DNA of 33,052 bases. Source: Caldora sp. (GTDB lineage: Bacteria; Cyanobacteriota; Cyanobacteriia; Cyanobacteriales; Coleofasciculaceae). The DNA lies in NCBI GenBank assembly GCA_965222765.1, contig CBDCVG010000043.1, forward strand, positions 1-33,052, in the 5' to 3' direction. A program made the position numbers and the translations under genes. Of the stretch, positions 30,719-33,052 are shown piece after piece; position 1 is the stretch's first letter; each line of letters starts with the position of its first letter. Under the pieces are notes generated by a model. That model was not told the origin of the DNA. It worked only from the letters and a program-made list of their open reading frames with translations, and ran no database searches.

Positions 30719-30777
30719 TAAACTCTCAAGCGCTCAATCAACATCTCAGGTGGTAAATAAAGAAACAAAGGAGTAAT

Positions 30778-32097
30778 ATGACAACTCTACTTCGGCAAGT
30801 CAAAAGTGCTTTTCGGATCGAATCGGTTGCAACAGTCGATAACGGGGTGCAAATTACTTGGAAAGATGGTCATGAAAGCTTTTATCACAACCTCTGGTTG
30901 CGGGATACTTGCCATTGTCCCGAATGCTTTCAGCAGGATACATTGAGCCTTAACAGTGGAGAAGGGAAAGGTCATGACCCCCTCAACATGCCACTCAAGC
31001 CGATAACTCAAGAGGTTAAGTGCGATCGCGAAGGAAATTTAGATATTATTTGGGGTGGTGAAGAACCTGGACATCATAGTGTATTCGATCCCTCTTGGCT
31101 AAGGGTTCACTGTCAAAAAGACCCTGCTCTCAAACAAAGAAGAAAACCTCAACTCTGGGATGCATCAGTGTCCATTCCTCACTTCGACTACCACGAAGTG
31201 ATGCAAGACAATGATGCACTATTGCTATGGTTGGAGAAGATGCTGGAATTGGGAGCAGTAATCATTGATAACTTTCCCAAAAATCGAGCGGGTTTTCAAG
31301 CACTAATAGAGCGTATCGGACCAATCCAGCAGCGATATCATCCCACACATATTTTTACCTTAGATACAGCTAACAAATTGGCAGGGAATATTCACCACGC
31401 CTATCAATACTTGGAACGTTTACATAATCATACAGATCATGTTTCTTACAACGTTCCTCCTAGACTCCAATTTCTCGGATGTATTGAATACGAAAACTCT
31501 GACAATGATAGCCAGGGATATTCCACTTTGGTAGATGGTTTTAAAATTGCCGAAGTTTTGAGGAGGCAACAGCCAAAATATTTCGAGCTACTCACTCAAG
31601 AGTATGTACCAACGGGTCGCCGACGGCTGGGTGTAGAAGAAAAAGTATCCAATAAGGAAAAAGGCACCAAGAAATACCAATGGGAAACTTATCATCGCCA
31701 GCACGTCATTAATCTGGATGAAAATGGGGAAGTTTACCAGATTCGTCACCATGAAAATGACCGGGTCCCCCTAGATGTTTCCCCTGATAAAATAGAAGAT
31801 TTGTATGCCGCGTACCAAGCATTTACGGCATTAGCTGAATCTCCCGAATATATCGCCGAATTTCTCATCGCTCCCGGACAAGTCTTAGTTAACGATAACT
31901 GGCGACTGCTCCACGGACGGACAGCTATTTGGAATCCCGGATTACGACGAATTTTACTGGGAGCTTATATGAAACCAGAAACCTTCCGCAGTCGGAGGCG
32001 ACTGTTGCTGGGGAAGAAAAGTGGGTTACCCAATATGTGGTTAATGGGATGTTCGGATCGCGCTTTAGAAATTCTGGCAGACCGCATGAAAGATTAG
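30778..32097 (+). CDS. Gamma-butyrobetaine hydroxylase / trimethyllysine hydroxylase-like Fe(II)/2-oxoglutarate dioxygenase (N-terminal DUF971 zinc domain + TauD fold), paralog 1
   Basis: DUF971 region FRIESVATVDNGVQITWKDGHESFYHNLWLRDTCHCPECF (Cys/His Zn site). TauD core LHNHTDHVSYNVPPRLQFLGCIEYE...GYSTLVDGFKIAEVLRRQQPKYFELL (compare BBOX FHTDYPA...GGDSEIVDGF...NPQAF) and ...LLHGRTAI. AAGGAG RBS. Confidence 0.75.
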   Translation: MTTLLRQVKSAFRIESVATVDNGVQITWKDGHESFYHNLWLRDTCHCPECFQQDTLSLNSGEGKGHDPLNMPLKPITQEVKCDREGNLDIIWGGEEPGHHSVFDPSWLRVHCQKDPALKQRRKPQLWDASVSIPHFDYHEVMQDNDALLLWLEKMLELGAVIIDNFPKNRAGFQALIERIGPIQQRYHPTHIFTLDTANKLAGNIHHAYQYLERLHNHTDHVSYNVPPRLQFLGCIEYENSDNDSQGYSTLVDGFKIAEVLRRQQPKYFELLTQEYVPTGRRRLGVEEKVSNKEKGTKKYQWETYHRQHVINLDENGEVYQIRHHENDRVPLDVSPDKIEDLYAAYQAFTALAESPEYIAEFLIAPGQVLVNDNWRLLHGRTAIWNPGLRRILLGAYMKPETFRSRRRLLLGKKSGLPNMWLMGCSDRALEILADRMKD

Positions 32098-32130
32098 AGT
32101 AGATTATTTTGGCTCAATTGGAGGAGTAAA

Positions 32131-33052
32131 ATGACAACAGTCTTGCAACAACTCAAACCAGCTTTTCGCATCGACTCAATAGTAACCCTTGATAAGGGTC
32201 TGAATATTACTTGGAAAGATGGTCACGAAAGTTTTTACCATTATCTTTGGCTTCTAGATAGCTGTCGCTGTTCCAAATGTTTTCAACGAGATACTTTGAG
32301 TCTAGGTCACGGACACGATCTGCTCAAAATGCCTTTAAACCCAACTCCTCAAGAGGTTAAGCTCGATCGCGAGGGTAATTTAGATATTGTTTGGGGTGGG
32401 AAACAAACAGGTCATCACAGCGTATTTGATGCCTCATGGTTGCGGGTTCACTGCCCAAATGACCCTGCACTAAAACAAAAGCGAAAACCTCAACTGTGGG
32501 ATTCGTCAGTATCCGTACCTCATTTTGATTGCCATGAGGTGATGAACGATGATGGGGTATTATTATCGTTTTTGAATCAGATCGTAGAATTGGGGGTAGC
32601 AATAATTGAGAACGCTCCCAAGAATGAAGAGAGTTTTCGAGCACTAATAGAGCGGGTCGGACCACTGCGGCAACGATACCATCCCACAAATGTTTTTACC
32701 ATGGATAGAAGCAATAAAAAGGCTCAGGCTATCCAACATTCTTATCAAGTGGGAACCTTAAGAAATCATACAGATGTTACAGCTTATGATATTCCCACAG
32801 GATTGCAATTTTTTGAATGTACCCTTTATGAAAACCCAGATGGCGATCGCCAAGCCTATTCTACAGTTGTTGATGGTTTCAAACTTGCAGAGGTTATCAA
32901 GACAGAAAACCCCTGGTTTTACGAGTTGCTAACTACTGAATATATTCCCGCAGGTCGCAAGCGACTTTCCGTTGAGGAAAAACTAGGAGAACATGAATCT
33001 AGTGCCAAGAAGTACGAATGGGACGCTTATCGGCGCAACCACTTGATTCAAT
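32131..33052 (+). CDS. BBOX/TMLH-like DUF971–TauD dioxygenase, paralog 2 (3'-partial, runs off window)
   Basis: Starts MTTVLQQLKPAFRIDSIVTLDKGLNITWKDGHESFYHYLWLLDSCRCSKCF...NHTDVTAYDIPTGLQFFECTLYE...AYSTVVDGFKLAEV. About 50% identical to paralog 1 over the aligned part. GGAGG RBS at 32121-32125. No stop before the window end. Confidence 0.75.
   Translation, partial: MTTVLQQLKPAFRIDSIVTLDKGLNITWKDGHESFYHYLWLLDSCRCSKCFQRDTLSLGHGHDLLKMPLNPTPQEVKLDREGNLDIVWGGKQTGHHSVFDASWLRVHCPNDPALKQKRKPQLWDSSVSVPHFDCHEVMNDDGVLLSFLNQIVELGVAIIENAPKNEESFRALIERVGPLRQRYHPTNVFTMDRSNKKAQAIQHSYQVGTLRNHTDVTAYDIPTGLQFFECTLYENPDGDRQAYSTVVDGFKLAEVIKTENPWFYELLTTEYIPAGRKRLSVEEKLGEHESSAKKYEWDAYRRNHLIQ

Overview
Cyanobacterial chromosomal segment, probably from a filamentous heterocyst-forming Nostocales-type genome. 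The basis is the many GCGATCGC (HIP1) octamers and numerous tandem heptanucleotide (STRR) arrays in intergenic DNA. Gene content in order: (i) a 5'-partial multi-PAS/GAF hybrid sensor histidine kinase. (ii) A TPR–CHAT (caspase-like) gene split by a ~1.5 kb IS200/IS605-family element that carries only tnpB and shows the typical subterminal hairpins at both ends. (iii) A MIF-like tautomerase, a PEP-CTERM secreted protein flanked by 45-bp direct repeats, and an Rpn/YhgA-like putative nuclease/transposase. (iv) The F0F1 ATP synthase 'atp1' operon (protein I, a, c, b', b, delta, alpha, gamma) ending in a strong intrinsic terminator. (v) A peptidoglycan amidase/glucosaminidase, rsmA(ksgA), ispE, a 2OG-oxygenase-like protein, a truncated DUF4331-like relic and a TPR protein. 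(vi) An EF-hand periplasmic protein with a HupE/UreJ metal transporter, an AbgT-family transporter and an FMN-dependent L-lactate/2-hydroxy-acid oxidase. (vii) A tnpB relic. (viii) The most interesting part: a compact same-strand cluster encoding a fused double-domain N-methyltransferase (SDMT-like N-domain plus GSMT-like C-domain), aspartate 1-decarboxylase PanD with an unusual C-terminal extension, an AllA-like cupin and two tandem paralogous gamma-butyrobetaine-hydroxylase/trimethyllysine-hydroxylase-like (DUF971 + TauD) dioxygenases. I interpret this as a candidate pathway for a beta-alanine-derived, carnitine-like quaternary ammonium compound. Five genes carry single-base +1 frameshifts, including essential atpA, which most parsimoniously points to systematic insertion errors in the assembly. 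Several small MITE-like repeat families with perfect terminal inverted repeats occur, once as a nested insertion. No rRNA, tRNA or CRISPR array was recognised.
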